DNA of 64,000 nucleotides from Eledone cirrhosa (taxonomy: Eukaryota), in NCBI GenBank assembly GCA_964016885.1, contig OZ024742.1, positions 242,854,001 to 242,918,000 on the forward strand, written 5' to 3'. A model generated the notes under the pieces. It saw only the letters and a program-made list of their open reading frames with translations. It did not search any database and was not told the origin of the DNA. This document shows, piece by piece, positions 12,326 through 25,098 of this stretch. The stretch's first letter is position 1; the number at the start of each line of letters is the position of its first letter. The translations under genes were made by a program, and so were the position numbers.

Positions 12326-12650
12326 AGAGTCTTCTGCTATAGCCCTAGCCAACCAATGTTTTATGAGCAAATTTGGTAGATGGAAACTGAAAGGAAGCCT
12401 GTCATATATATGTCAGTGGCATATACCATACTTAAAATAAAGTATTATGATGTCAGGAAGGGCATCCCGTTCGAGAAAACCTGCCACAAAAATAGGAATA
12501 AATAATTTTCGCTTTACATATTGATAATTTAAGTATTATGGGTTTAAGTAGATGCAGCCATATTGTGTATATATATATAACGACGAAATTCCAATTTGTT
12601 ATGGTATGTCAGGGCAATGTCTTCTGTATATAGTATAAGTTGATTTCTTT

Positions 12651-12852
12651 TTAACCCTTTCGCATTTATATTACTCTATTTTAACGGTAAAGTCTTTATC
12701 TCACATAATATTGAATCTACGAGATTTTGATATTATTTATTTTGAAAACAATGCCTTAACATAAGTATGAGCAGCCAGTTATGGCCGGTTTGAACAGAAA
12801 GAGGTGAGAGAATTCTGGTCGAATATGGCCGGTCTAAATGCTAATGGATTAA
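12651..12852. mobile_element. piggyBac-type MITE
   Basis: TTAA-CCCTTTCGCATTT ... AAATGCTAATGGA-TTAA ends; second copy at 53369-53596. Confidence 0.7.
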
Positions 12853-13194
12853 ACAGTGATCTTTGGTGTTGCAGAACATCGTCATGATTTTACGTCTGTA
12901 TCCCATGCTGGCTTGAGTTGGAAAAGTCGTCATCGTATTCTCAATGCCCTAACAAGATTTACCAAAATGATGTATTAAAAATTACCTTTGCATATGCCAC
13001 TACTTCCAAAGTTGCTTACATAAACTTTAGTTTGATCAAGTCTTTTTTATTTTTTTATTTTGTCTTTTCTAAAATGTGAGTCTAACAGGTCCCCGTGCTA
13101 AGATGTCTTATCAACATTACTCTTACCTTCCATAGTATGTTGTTTTATTTTTTTTATTTTCATACAGTGTACCTAAGTTTTCAGTATCAAAATG

Positions 13195-13485
13195 AAGGAG
13201 CGTAGCTTAATGGTTAGGATGTTTGGCTCATGATCATGAGGTTTTGAGTTCGATTCTCATCAGAAGATTGTGTCCTTAAGCAAGAAATGTTATGCCACGC
13301 TGCTTCATTGCGGGAAAAAATAGTTATACCTGTAATTCAAACACGCAGCCCTGTCACCTTTGAGAACTGCATTAAGGGTGCAAATGTCGGTAGAATACTC
13401 AGCCATTTGCAAGTTAATTTCAGTGACAAGGTTGTTCCGTTGTTTAAAAAACAGAAACACTCATCGTCGGGACCATCGGAGGGAC
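13195..13485 (+). mobile_element. OR-type tRNA-derived SINE
   Basis: A box TAGCTTAATGG, B box GAGTTCGATTC, GTGTCCTTAAGCAAGA core. Confidence 0.7.
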
Positions 13486-13625
13486 GATACATTCTTGTAC
13501 TTTATTTTGTCTCGTACCTCTTCTTTTAAAATACTCAAGTACAGTGTTCAACTACCTGTGACTTCGAATGAACCAGCAATACTGTCGGCTAGTGGTTGAA
13601 ACTGTGTAAGTTCATTCCATAGATT

Positions 13626-15703
13626 TATAGCGAGGATACTGGGTGTATGAATGTAACAAAACGAGACAATGTTTGTGTATATAATATTTAATTAACGGTA
13701 GATAGAATACTTGACATGTCAAAGATAGATGTTAGAATGAAACAAAGTTAGTAGTTACCGTTTTGATTGCCAGGCAAACGCGGCTGGCAGAGGGCGCCTG
13801 GCTAAGGCCAGGCGCCTGTTGGCCAAATTAATGGCAGAGCCAAATGAGAGGCTCTTCGACCTGGTGCCGAAAAGGCAAAGAGAGAAAGGAAGCCCAAAGT
13901 TGTTAGTTTTATAGGGCTCTGACCGGAAGTTGCAGAAAGGGTTCCACTTCCCGTCTAGATCCCAATCAAAACAAGGGAGACAACCGCTACATAACCTCCC
14001 GCCAGAATTTTAGTGTATAAAAATCGAAATGAAAATATGTAGCAAGTTGGCGAGAATGTTGTAACAGGCATGAAAATTACGACAAAAGAATGTTTGGAAA
14101 AATCAATGATAGATATCAAGGTAGCCAACCGCTCTTGGCCAGAGAACGACTGGACATCCATCTATCCATCACCCAAAGATACAATGTAATAAAGTAAACG
14201 TAATAGAAGAGCTCAAAGTTCAAAATATAGTTCACAGGTGTGCAATCACATGACAGCTGGAAAGAAAGTGTGTTCCAGAGAATGAATGCAGGTGGTTTCT
14301 GTTCTGTGGTATATCGTGAAATTTCCAACCTCCGAATGGATTTTCTCACAGGAAGAGTGCTGCAAAAATGAATTCTCTGGCTTTGGTGTTCTCTGATGTT
14401 GCTGCTGCTGTTGTCTCGCTGAGTGAGCGTATTCGGTGTTTAAATTCACAGTAAAAAAATTTTTTTTTAGAAAAAAATGAGTTGCGCAAAGTGCTAGAAA
14501 TAGCAGCCGAAGTTGATGGTCGATGTTGAGAATGCGTTGACCTGGAAGGGTCAAGAGGCCAGCGACCAGAGAAATAAGCATTCCCAATAAATGCGCGGTT
14601 ATCAACGGTAAATTTACATTGTAAATTTATAAACCGGCAAATAGAAGAATATAGCTTAAGGCTGAAGAACCCCTGGTGATAAATGGCGTGCGGCTGTCTG
14701 TGAGTAAAGACATCTCAGTGAATCGAGAATTTATGCTGCCTACACGTGCCAATACAAGGTTGAAAAAAAAATATTTCTAACGCGCGAGAAAATGATAGTG
14801 CAATTTTGAAAGTGACAATGATGAAAAAGAAAGGCTTCAATCAGCATAATTATAGGTGTGAACTTTTGGAAAAAAAAAAAAAAAAAAAAAAACTTGAACG
14901 ATGAAGAAAACGAAGAACAAAAGGCAATGGTTCATCGAAAATAAATGTTCCTGTTGAAATGTTTTTTAAAGAATATCAAATTTCTTTTTTTTTGTGTGTG
15001 TTTTGAAAGAGTTCGTTGTAAGAAACGAGAAACATATATATATATCGTGAAATGTTTTTTTTGTTTTGAAAGTGTTCGTTGTAAGAAACGAGAAACATAT
15101 ATATATATATTGGTGAAATGCGACAGTTAATTGATGCGTGAGAGAAAAAGTATGTCTGTGCGAATTCCACATGTGCGTGTGTGCGTGTCCTTGAGTATTT
15201 TCATAGTTTGTCGCTAAATTTGCTGTGTATTCGTAATGTTACTCACAAAACCAGATGTGCTATTTTTTTCTTTTTTTGGGGGGGTGACCCTTATAGCGAT
15301 GAACGGCTGCGTGTTCGTATCACGTCAGGGTTACCAATATAGCGAGGATACTGGGTGTATGAATGTAACAAAACGAGACAATGTTTGTGTATATAATATT
15401 TAATTAACGGTAGATAGAATACTTGACATGTCAAAGATAGATGTTAGAATGAAACAAAGTTAGTAGTTACCGTTTTGATTGCCAGGCAAACGCGGCTGGC
15501 AGAGGGCGCCTGGCTAAGGCCAGGCGCCTGTTGGCCAAATTAATGGCAGAGCCAAATGAGAGGCTCTTCGACCTGGTGCCGAAAAGGCAAAGAGAGAAAG
15601 GAAGCCCAAAGTTGTTAGTTTTATAGGGCTCTGACCGGAAGTTGCAGAAAGGGTTCCACTTCCCGTCTAGATCCCAATCAAAACAAGGGAGACAACCGCT
15701 ACA
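13626..15703 (-). mobile_element. Non-autonomous Gypsy-type LTR retrotransposon (TRIM/LARD-like), probably CsRn1/Kabuki-related
   Basis: Two apparently identical 366-bp LTRs (13626-13991, 15338-15703), GATT TSD (13622-13625, 15704-15707), tRNA-Trp PBS (15319-15336), purine-rich PPT-like tract next to 13992, and no intact pol. Confidence 0.92.
15319..15336 (-). promoter_or_regulatory. Primer binding site complementary to the tRNA-Trp 3' end
   Basis: Minus strand TGGTAACCCTGACGTGAT versus expected TGGTGACCCCGACGTGAT, 1 nt from the LTR. Confidence 0.85.
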
Positions 15704-15984
15704 GATTATTAGTCTATGTTCGATCTATGTCCCTCATTCGTCTAACCGTTATCCGTTTTCTTTGTTTTTGTTTGTTTTGTTTTTCTTTTTTATTGCGTTA
15801 TCTGTTGTCATTTTTGCAGTTATTTATTGATGCGACGCAGTCCCTTCTTCACAAGAGAGATGACATAGGGCCACTGGGTTTGGCGTCCTGCTAATGAAGA
15901 CCCACTTATCAGCCCTTAAAAGACGAGAAAAGAAGTTGCCATCAGTGATGGCAACTTTTTTTTTCCATCATTTAAGTGCCTTCA

Positions 15985-17345
15985 CTCTATTTTATAAGCT
16001 CATGCTACATCAAGGTGTATGGGTACTGAAAGGTGTTATTTTCGTGAGTATGACGTCTGCTTTGACATACATACATGTCTGCATTCCCCACAGGTAAGAG
16101 TTTCATTCAAACCTCGTTCTGGGAGCGGACTAACATACCCCATATTTTTAACTGCTCGCTTCACTTCGGCATATGCTCTCTGCTTCTTTTCAAATTCCTC
16201 AACGCCGGTAACATTGAGATTTCGCCATTGGACTCTATCAGTTGCAAGATTTTCCCATGTTTCTGTGTTGATGTTGACTTTCTTCGAGGTATCTTCCAGG
16301 CAGTTTTTGAAACACTTGTGAGGTTTGCACCGTAAGCATTTGCCTTGCAACAGTTCGCCATACAAAATTTACTTGGGGATTCTACTGTCATTTATGACAT
16401 GTCCACCAGAGGCGCTGTTTCATGATCATGCTCTCAATGATTGGCATACAGGCCTGCTGCAGTACATCAGTGTCTAGTGTATGACACCTCCATGAGATCT
16501 TGTGGATGGAGCACAAGCATTGTTAGTGGAAACGTTCGAGACGCAGGATATACCGACAGTATATTATCCATCTCACATCCATAGAGCAAGACAGTAAGCA
16601 TAAATGCTAGATACACCTCGATTTTCGTGCACACACTGATATCTGACTGTAACCACGGGCACTTCTCCATCTTACCAAAAGCATCGGAAGCTTTAGACAA
16701 GAGTGTTGCTGCTGGAGAAAGTACTACCCAGGTAGATAAACTTATCCACAACCCTCAATATTTTCCCTTTGACAGATATCGATGGAGGAATATATGGCTT
16801 TCCAAGTACATCACCACTGCGATTGTGCCAAAGACCTTCGTGAGATCAATAAAGCAATTATACAAATCAAGCTGTTGCTCCTTACACTTCTCCTGCATCT
16901 GCCACGCCGTGAAGATCATAACTGTTGTGACCTGATATGGACAGAAACCACACTGAGATTCTAGTGGAATGTTGGGTACAATGTGCAGCAACAGACGATT
17001 AAAAAGGATCCTGGTAAAGATTTTACCAACAACTGATAATAGAGAGGTCCCACGGTAGCTATCACAACCATCTTTGGGTCGCGTCTTGAAGAGGGAGATG
17101 AGAATGGCATCCCTCCAGCCCTGTGTGACTGCTTCCTTCAACTCCACCAGGTGATATATGTTGTGCAGCAGATCATATACTTTAGTACCACTTTCTTGCA
17201 CTATTGGAGGTCGGTAAAGTGTTCACGCCATCCCGCCTTGATTTCGTCAGGCTTTCGCAACATTTTTTTTCCATTCTTTGGCAGCATTGGGGCATAGACT
17301 GTGGCGAGTGGGCCATACACAGTGCACAGTTCATGATATAATCTG
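15985..17345 (-). mobile_element. Decayed RTE-BovB-like LINE (RT to C-terminal zinc finger)
   Basis: YRGTSLLSVVGKIF, ESQCGF, FIDLTKVF, LLYGCE and YGELLQG fragments with frameshifts. Confidence 0.85.
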
Positions 17346-17516
17346 CACGTATATATATATATATATATGTCGAGGCTTCCAAACGACTTATAAATATTTA
17401 CTTATTGTTCCACAATGCTTCAAGCAAACTTCAATACTCTCTTATATATATAATGAAATGACAGGAGGCTGGACTTGTGTAAATCCTTGAAATGTTTATT
17501 ATACTTTGATCATTTA

Positions 17517-17578
<62 letters not shown>

Positions 17579-17596
17579 TACATATATATATATATG

Positions 17597-17661
<65 letters not shown>

Positions 17662-17693
17662 AGATCAAAAGATGGTTAAAGGAGTTCAATATA

Positions 17694-17760
17694 TTTTATT
17701 ATGCGCATTTCAAAAACAAACATCATCAAACAATAATATTTGTGTTTTCATCAGATAAAA
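17694..17760 (-). ncRNA. Type I hammerhead ribozyme (Penelope pLTR)
   Basis: Inverse copy of 19611-19677. Confidence 0.75.
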
Positions 17761-19610
17761 CAGGAGAACATGATATGAAGGCTAAAAAAACACTTGTTGA
17801 TAGTGCAGTTTTAAATCAACATATGAAAAGTGGTTTTAGATTGATGTGTGATATTGGGAAAAATATTTTATTTAGAGAGGGGGGGAGAGAAAAGGATGAA
17901 AAGGGAAGGAGATGAGAGGGAGAGATGGGTGATAGAGAGAAAGAGATAGTTTTTATAACTGAGAGGAGATATATTTTATATAGAGGGGTTGAAAACCGTT
18001 GGAAGATACTGTATAAATTAAAAATTTTGAAAATTAACGAAGGGAGGATATGTGCGAGGAAAAAATATATTATATTTAGGGAGGGGGGGGGGAAAGGATG
18101 AAAAAAAGGGGAGGAGATGAGAGTGAAGGTGGAAAGGGAGAGATGGGTGATAGAGAGAAAGAGATAGTTTTTATAACTGAGAAAAAGATATAATGTTTTA
18201 ATATAGAGAGGTTGGGAACCGTTGGAAGATAATGTATAAATTAAAGGAATTTGAAAATTAACGAAGGGAAATTATGTATGAAGATAGAGAGAAAAAAAAC
18301 GAAGGGAAATTATGTATGAAGATAGAGAGAAAAAAATAATAATTGTGGGTGAATATTCTAACGTCAAAAGAAGAAATGTAGGAATTTTAAAATTAGCAAA
18401 GAGAAAAAGTTTGTGTAGAAGGATTTGAGAAAAATAATGTAAAGTTAAAGTTTGTATATTGAATTCATATGTATTAATAATGAGTTCGTTGATGGGGAGA
18501 AAAAAATAATAATAAATTAAGGATGAAATTGAGATTAAAAAGATTTATGATAGAGAGAAAAAATAATAATGATTGCGGATGAATACTCAAAATGTCAAAA
18601 ACAAATGTTATTGTTTTACGAGGAGATAGAATGAGGGTGATGAGTAAACGAGTATTATAGAGTGTATAATGCCCTTTAAAGTAAGGTAGATGGGTATATT
18701 TTAAAGAATATATGAGTATATATTAAAAAAAAATATATAATAATAAATTAAGGATGAAATTGAGATTAAAAAGATTTATGATAGAGGGAAAAAAATAATA
18801 ATGATTGCGGATGAATATTCAAAATGTCAAAAACAAATGTTATTGTTTTACGAGAAGATAGGATGAGGGTAATGAATAAACGAGTATTATAGAGTGTATA
18901 ATGCCCTTTAAAGTAAGGTAGATGGGTATATTTTAAAGAGGTGTATGTATATGTGCCTTTGAGAAAAGATTCTAAATTGATAAAGAATTGAATATTAACT
19001 GTATACTTTGTGAAAAGTTCTATGGAATTTATGCAGGCAGATGGAAAACAAATCCGAGCGTCTATTTATTATGGATTCTAGGTTAGAGATAATGGTAAAT
19101 TTTTCATTTAGGCAGAGATTACAGATTTTAGATAGAGAGCTGTTCAAGTACGAGGATGCAGAAGAAATCTTTTCCCAAAAGATGTTATATTTAATGTTTT
19201 TGTCTTTTAAGGACCATATGAGTTCTCTCCCTTTCCACCTTCACTCTCATCTCCTCCCCTTTTTTTCATCCTTTCCACCCCCCCCCCCTCCCTAAATATA
19301 ATATATTTTTTCCTCGCACATATCCTCCCTTCGTTAATTTTCAAATTTTTTAATTTATACAGTATCTTCCAACGGTTTTCAACCCCTCTATATAAAATAT
19401 ATCTCCTCTCAGTTATAAAAACTATCTCTTTCTCTGTATCACCCATCTCTCCCTCTCATCTCCTTCCCTTTTCATCCTTTTCTCTCCCCCCCTCTCTAAA
19501 TAAAATATTTTTCCCAATATCACACATCAATCTAAAACCACTTTTCATATGTTGATTTAAAACTGCACTATCAACAAGTGTTTTTTTAGCCTTCATATCA
19601 TGTTCTCCTG

Positions 19611-19677
19611 TTTTATCTGATGAAAACACAAATATTATTGTTTGATGATGTTTGTTTTTGAAATGCGCATAATAAAA
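19611..19677 (+). ncRNA. Type I hammerhead ribozyme (Penelope pLTR)
   Basis: TTTTAT-CTGATGA-stem II-GAAA-TGCGCA-TA-ATAAAA: stem I TTTTAT/ATAAAA and a palindromic stem III. Confidence 0.78.
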
Positions 19678-19800
19678 TATATTGAACTCCTTTAACCATC
19701 TTTTGATCTTATATTATGCATACTCCAGTCCCACAAACTGTAGAGTGCTTCTTATCCGATATCTGCATTGCTTTATTGTACTACAATAAAACTCACCTCC

Positions 19801-19877
<77 letters not shown>

Positions 19878-19953
19878 CGAAGGAAATGTGGTAAGGAACC
19901 AGGTGGACCATAACGCACCAAAGTACTCAATACTTAGGGTAGTAGAGTGGGTA

Positions 19954-21454
<1,501 letters not shown>

Positions 21455-21529
21455 TTTGTTCTACGGTTCTTATATATATTTATCCTTATCGAGCCCTCTT
21501 TGGATTTTAGTCTTCAAATTTATTATTAT

Positions 21530-21532
<3 letters not shown>

Positions 21533-21606
<74 letters not shown>

Positions 21607-21666
21607 CATATATACATATATATACATATATACATATATACATATATATACATATATACATATATA

Positions 21667-21731
<65 letters not shown>

Positions 21732-21761
21732 ATATATACATATATACATATATATACATAT

Positions 21762-21842
<81 letters not shown>

Positions 21843-21865
21843 CATATATACATATATATACATAT

Positions 21866-21959
<94 letters not shown>

Positions 21960-21960
21960 A
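21533..21960. repeat. (TA)n/(TACA)n microsatellite
   Basis: Direct; similar tracts at 17520-17655, 20066-20205 and 22240-22520. Confidence 0.95.
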
Positions 21961-21962
21961 TA

Positions 21963-22239
21963 TGGTGGCTGCCAACTCGTTTTCGAGTACGGCCACTACT
22001 TTATATCCATGTCGGAGAAGCCCTACCGATGCGCTTGACGCATTTTAGTCCAGCCAGTGACTTGAAAACTCTGGTACAAACACTACACTTTTGACAATTA
22101 CTGACACATAGTGTTGGGCCCATGGTACCATGTGATGACAAGTGTAGAGAGATCTCCAGATATAAAGCAATGCCTGTGCCGTGAAGCTTTTATAGTGAGC
22201 AAAGGCACTGCACAAAGCCAGTCCCACTCTCTTAACCAT
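21963..22239 (-). mobile_element. 5'-truncated copy of a non-autonomous RTE-derived element
   Basis: High similarity to 60901-61183; includes a [15 protein letters not shown] zinc-finger-like coding remnant and an RTE-type 3' hairpin. Confidence 0.7.
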
Positions 22240-22257
22240 ATATACACATATATATAC

Positions 22258-22289
<32 letters not shown>

Positions 22290-22318
22290 GTATATATATG
22301 TATATATATATATATGTA

Positions 22319-22366
<48 letters not shown>

Positions 22367-22421
22367 TACATATATATATATATACATATATATACATATA
22401 TATATATATACATATATATAC

Positions 22422-22454
<33 letters not shown>

Positions 22455-22479
22455 CATATATACATATATATATATATAC

Positions 22480-22524
<45 letters not shown>

Positions 22525-22771
22525 TTCGGTCCTCAATGTTACCATTCAATGGTAACATTGAGTACCGAATAAATTAAATTAATCAATATAAAAGACACAG
22601 AAGCGAAAACCAGCCAAACAGTGAGTGTGTTCTGTTATTAATTCTGGCAATATTATTACACAAATATGACCCTCCCCAAGTATAACAACATTTGTTTCGA
22701 CACACGATTTCATATCAAAAACCTCGCAAAACTAATTCATCGCCGTTATATATATATATATAACGGCGATG

Positions 22772-22958
22772 AGGGCGGTAGATTGGCAGTATCGGTGGAG
22801 GGTCGGACGCCATGCTTTCCAGCAAAGTTACGACCCTTTACGATCTGAGTTCAAATCCCGCCGAGGTTGACTTTGCCTTTCATCCTTACGGGGTCGATAA
22901 AATAAAGTACCAGTAATGCACTGGGTAATTGCTGGCCTTGTGCCTAAAGTAGAAACAG

Positions 22959-22962
<4 letters not shown>
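22772..22962 (+). mobile_element. OK-like tRNA SINE
   Basis: Near-consensus copy. Confidence 0.85.
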
Positions 22963-23006
<44 letters not shown>

Positions 23007-23008
<2 letters not shown>

Positions 23009-24610
23009 GGTTCCCCGCTGTGAAAAGTGGCGTATACAGAGATAATACTCTATATTCCTTCATAAATATTAGCAACTCCGGGCTTACCACATGCCTGCTG
23101 AGTCCCTCTACTATATACATAAGAACTCAAACCACCCGAACGCTTTTATTAGATCTGTCATTAAAGCCGTATCCGGTAGGATCTCCAGACTTTCTGATAA
23201 TGAGCAGACTTTTGATCTTAATGCTCAATACTACAACGAAGCCCTTGCGAGATTAGGCTATAATGAGAAGATATACTTCAACCAAATTGATCTGGGAAAT
23301 TAATAAAATCCAATAGGTCTAATAACAATAAAATCTGAGGCAGTAAGAGCCCCATAATAAAGGTAACTCTAACGCCAATAAGGTCAATCATTAAACTAAC
23401 CACTCTTCGGTCGGTCTCCCTAACACTAAGCATGTGATTAGGAATATGAACCATAGTTTAAGCATTAGTCCCCCTCTTCATAAACCTAATATATATATAG
23501 TGAACTTCACAATAGAAATGTTGATGGTATCCCGGACTACTATCGCAATACTACTAATAATAATTGTGGCCCACGTAGATAATTTGCAGAATCAGCTAGT
23601 TAAAAAAAAGGAATAATAGAATCCAAATCACTTCTAATACACCTAAGCTATACTTTGGCATAGTTGAGAGAAACTTCCCGTTAAAACATAAATATAAAAT
23701 AATTAAGAAACGCACTGTTAAACTATCCTTCTCAACTACACCTAATTTGGCAAACTTTCTAGCACTATAATAATACAAACATTCGAATGTACAAATCTAA
23801 GCGAGCTAATCTCGTTAACCTTGATACCCAAACAAGACGGCCTAGCATTTCAGATAGTGGATATACTAATAATGAGACGGCCATTAATAAACTAATTAAT
23901 GAAACTGATAATTTAGCATATCTGCTTACTAATGGATTAGTATATGATAATATAACCGAATGTAGTACACATACTAGTAGTCTCCACGTGAGGGACTGCA
24001 ATTGTAAGGTCTCTGATTATTGCCCTCTTAGGGGATATTGCCTAAAGCGCAACGTGGTATATAAATTTGAGGTCTCTACTAATAAAAATACTTATAGCTA
24101 TATAGGAGCCCCTGTGCTTCAAGACGAGATTCTACTCGCACATCCACACTTTTAAGAACGAGAAACTAAGATACACTACTTCTCTAGCTAAATTGGTGTA
24201 GGACTTAAAGTAAAAATATAAACTACATCCTTAAATGGAATTTAGTTAACTTAGGTAACCTTATCGTATAAGACGGAAAAACTTTGATATTTGTTTGACA
24301 GAGACAATGGAAATAGTCACATCAAATATCACCTTGATAAACTCCAAGAACGAAGTTTATGCAGCCATAAACTTTTTCGGTCGTTCTACCACTCAACATT
24401 CGATCCGACTACAGTGCAATTCTGAGAGCATATTATCTAGGATAATTCTGATCTCTCCTAATGCCTCTCGTCTAACTGTCACATTTATCCGATACTTTAA
24501 CCCTTTTGGCTCTTGCATAGTAAACGGTGGTCCCATTAATAATTTATATTTGTATCTAAACCTTTATCTTTTCGTTTTATTTTTATCTTTATTCTTACTA
24601 TTATTTTTTT
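23007..24610 (+). mobile_element. Decayed Penelope-like element (RT C-terminus, linker, GIY-YIG)
   Basis: YIHKNSNHPNAFIRSV...YYNEALARLGY and CNC...CPLRGYCLKRNVVYK...YSYIG, with frameshifts. Confidence 0.8.
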
Positions 24611-24616
24611 TTTATA

Positions 24617-24806
24617 AGGCGGTGGATTGGCAGTATCGGTAGAGGGTCGGACGCCATGCTTTGACGCACAGAGTTACAGCCCTTGCCATTCTGAGTTCAA
24701 ATCCCGCCGAGGTTAACTTTGCCTTTCATCCTTACGGGGTCGATAAAATAAAGTACCAGTAATACACTGGGTAATTGCTGGCCTTGTGCCTAACGTAGAA
24801 ACAATT
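24617..24806 (+). mobile_element. OK-like tRNA SINE
   Basis: Near-consensus copy. Confidence 0.85.
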
Positions 24807-25098
24807 TTTTTTTTTTATTACTATCCCTAATTAGTATGGAAATCTCGCTTTAACGTTAAGTCGTTGCTAGGTCATCATGGCATATTACACCGGTTGATAT
24901 AGACAACTAAGATGCAAAGCGGAAGGTAATATCTTATTAATGTTAATTTAACTATGTTTTTAAAGATCTTGATTTTAATGAGAATGTACAGCACGTTCTT
25001 ATGTAGTCAATCAATTAAATGTACAATTAACACACACACACACCCCGGGCACACACACTCACACACATATACATTCATACATACATATATATATATAT

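Larger units (their letters stand above)
17655..19716. mobile_element. Penelope-like element remnant with about 490-bp inverted terminal repeats
   Basis: 17655-18142 is the inverse of 19225-19716. The interior has minus-strand GIY-YIG C-terminal remnants (LKDKNIKYNIFWEKISSASSY...ICNLCLNEK) and internal direct duplications. Confidence 0.8.

Noticed and set aside
14246-14605. 119-aa ORF inside the LTR element as gag
   Set aside because: No recognisable gag motif and no ATG start.
21456-22577. Long YI/HT/CV-repeat ORFs (also 55283-57770 and 60045-63047)
   Set aside because: Stop-free translations of microsatellites, not genes.
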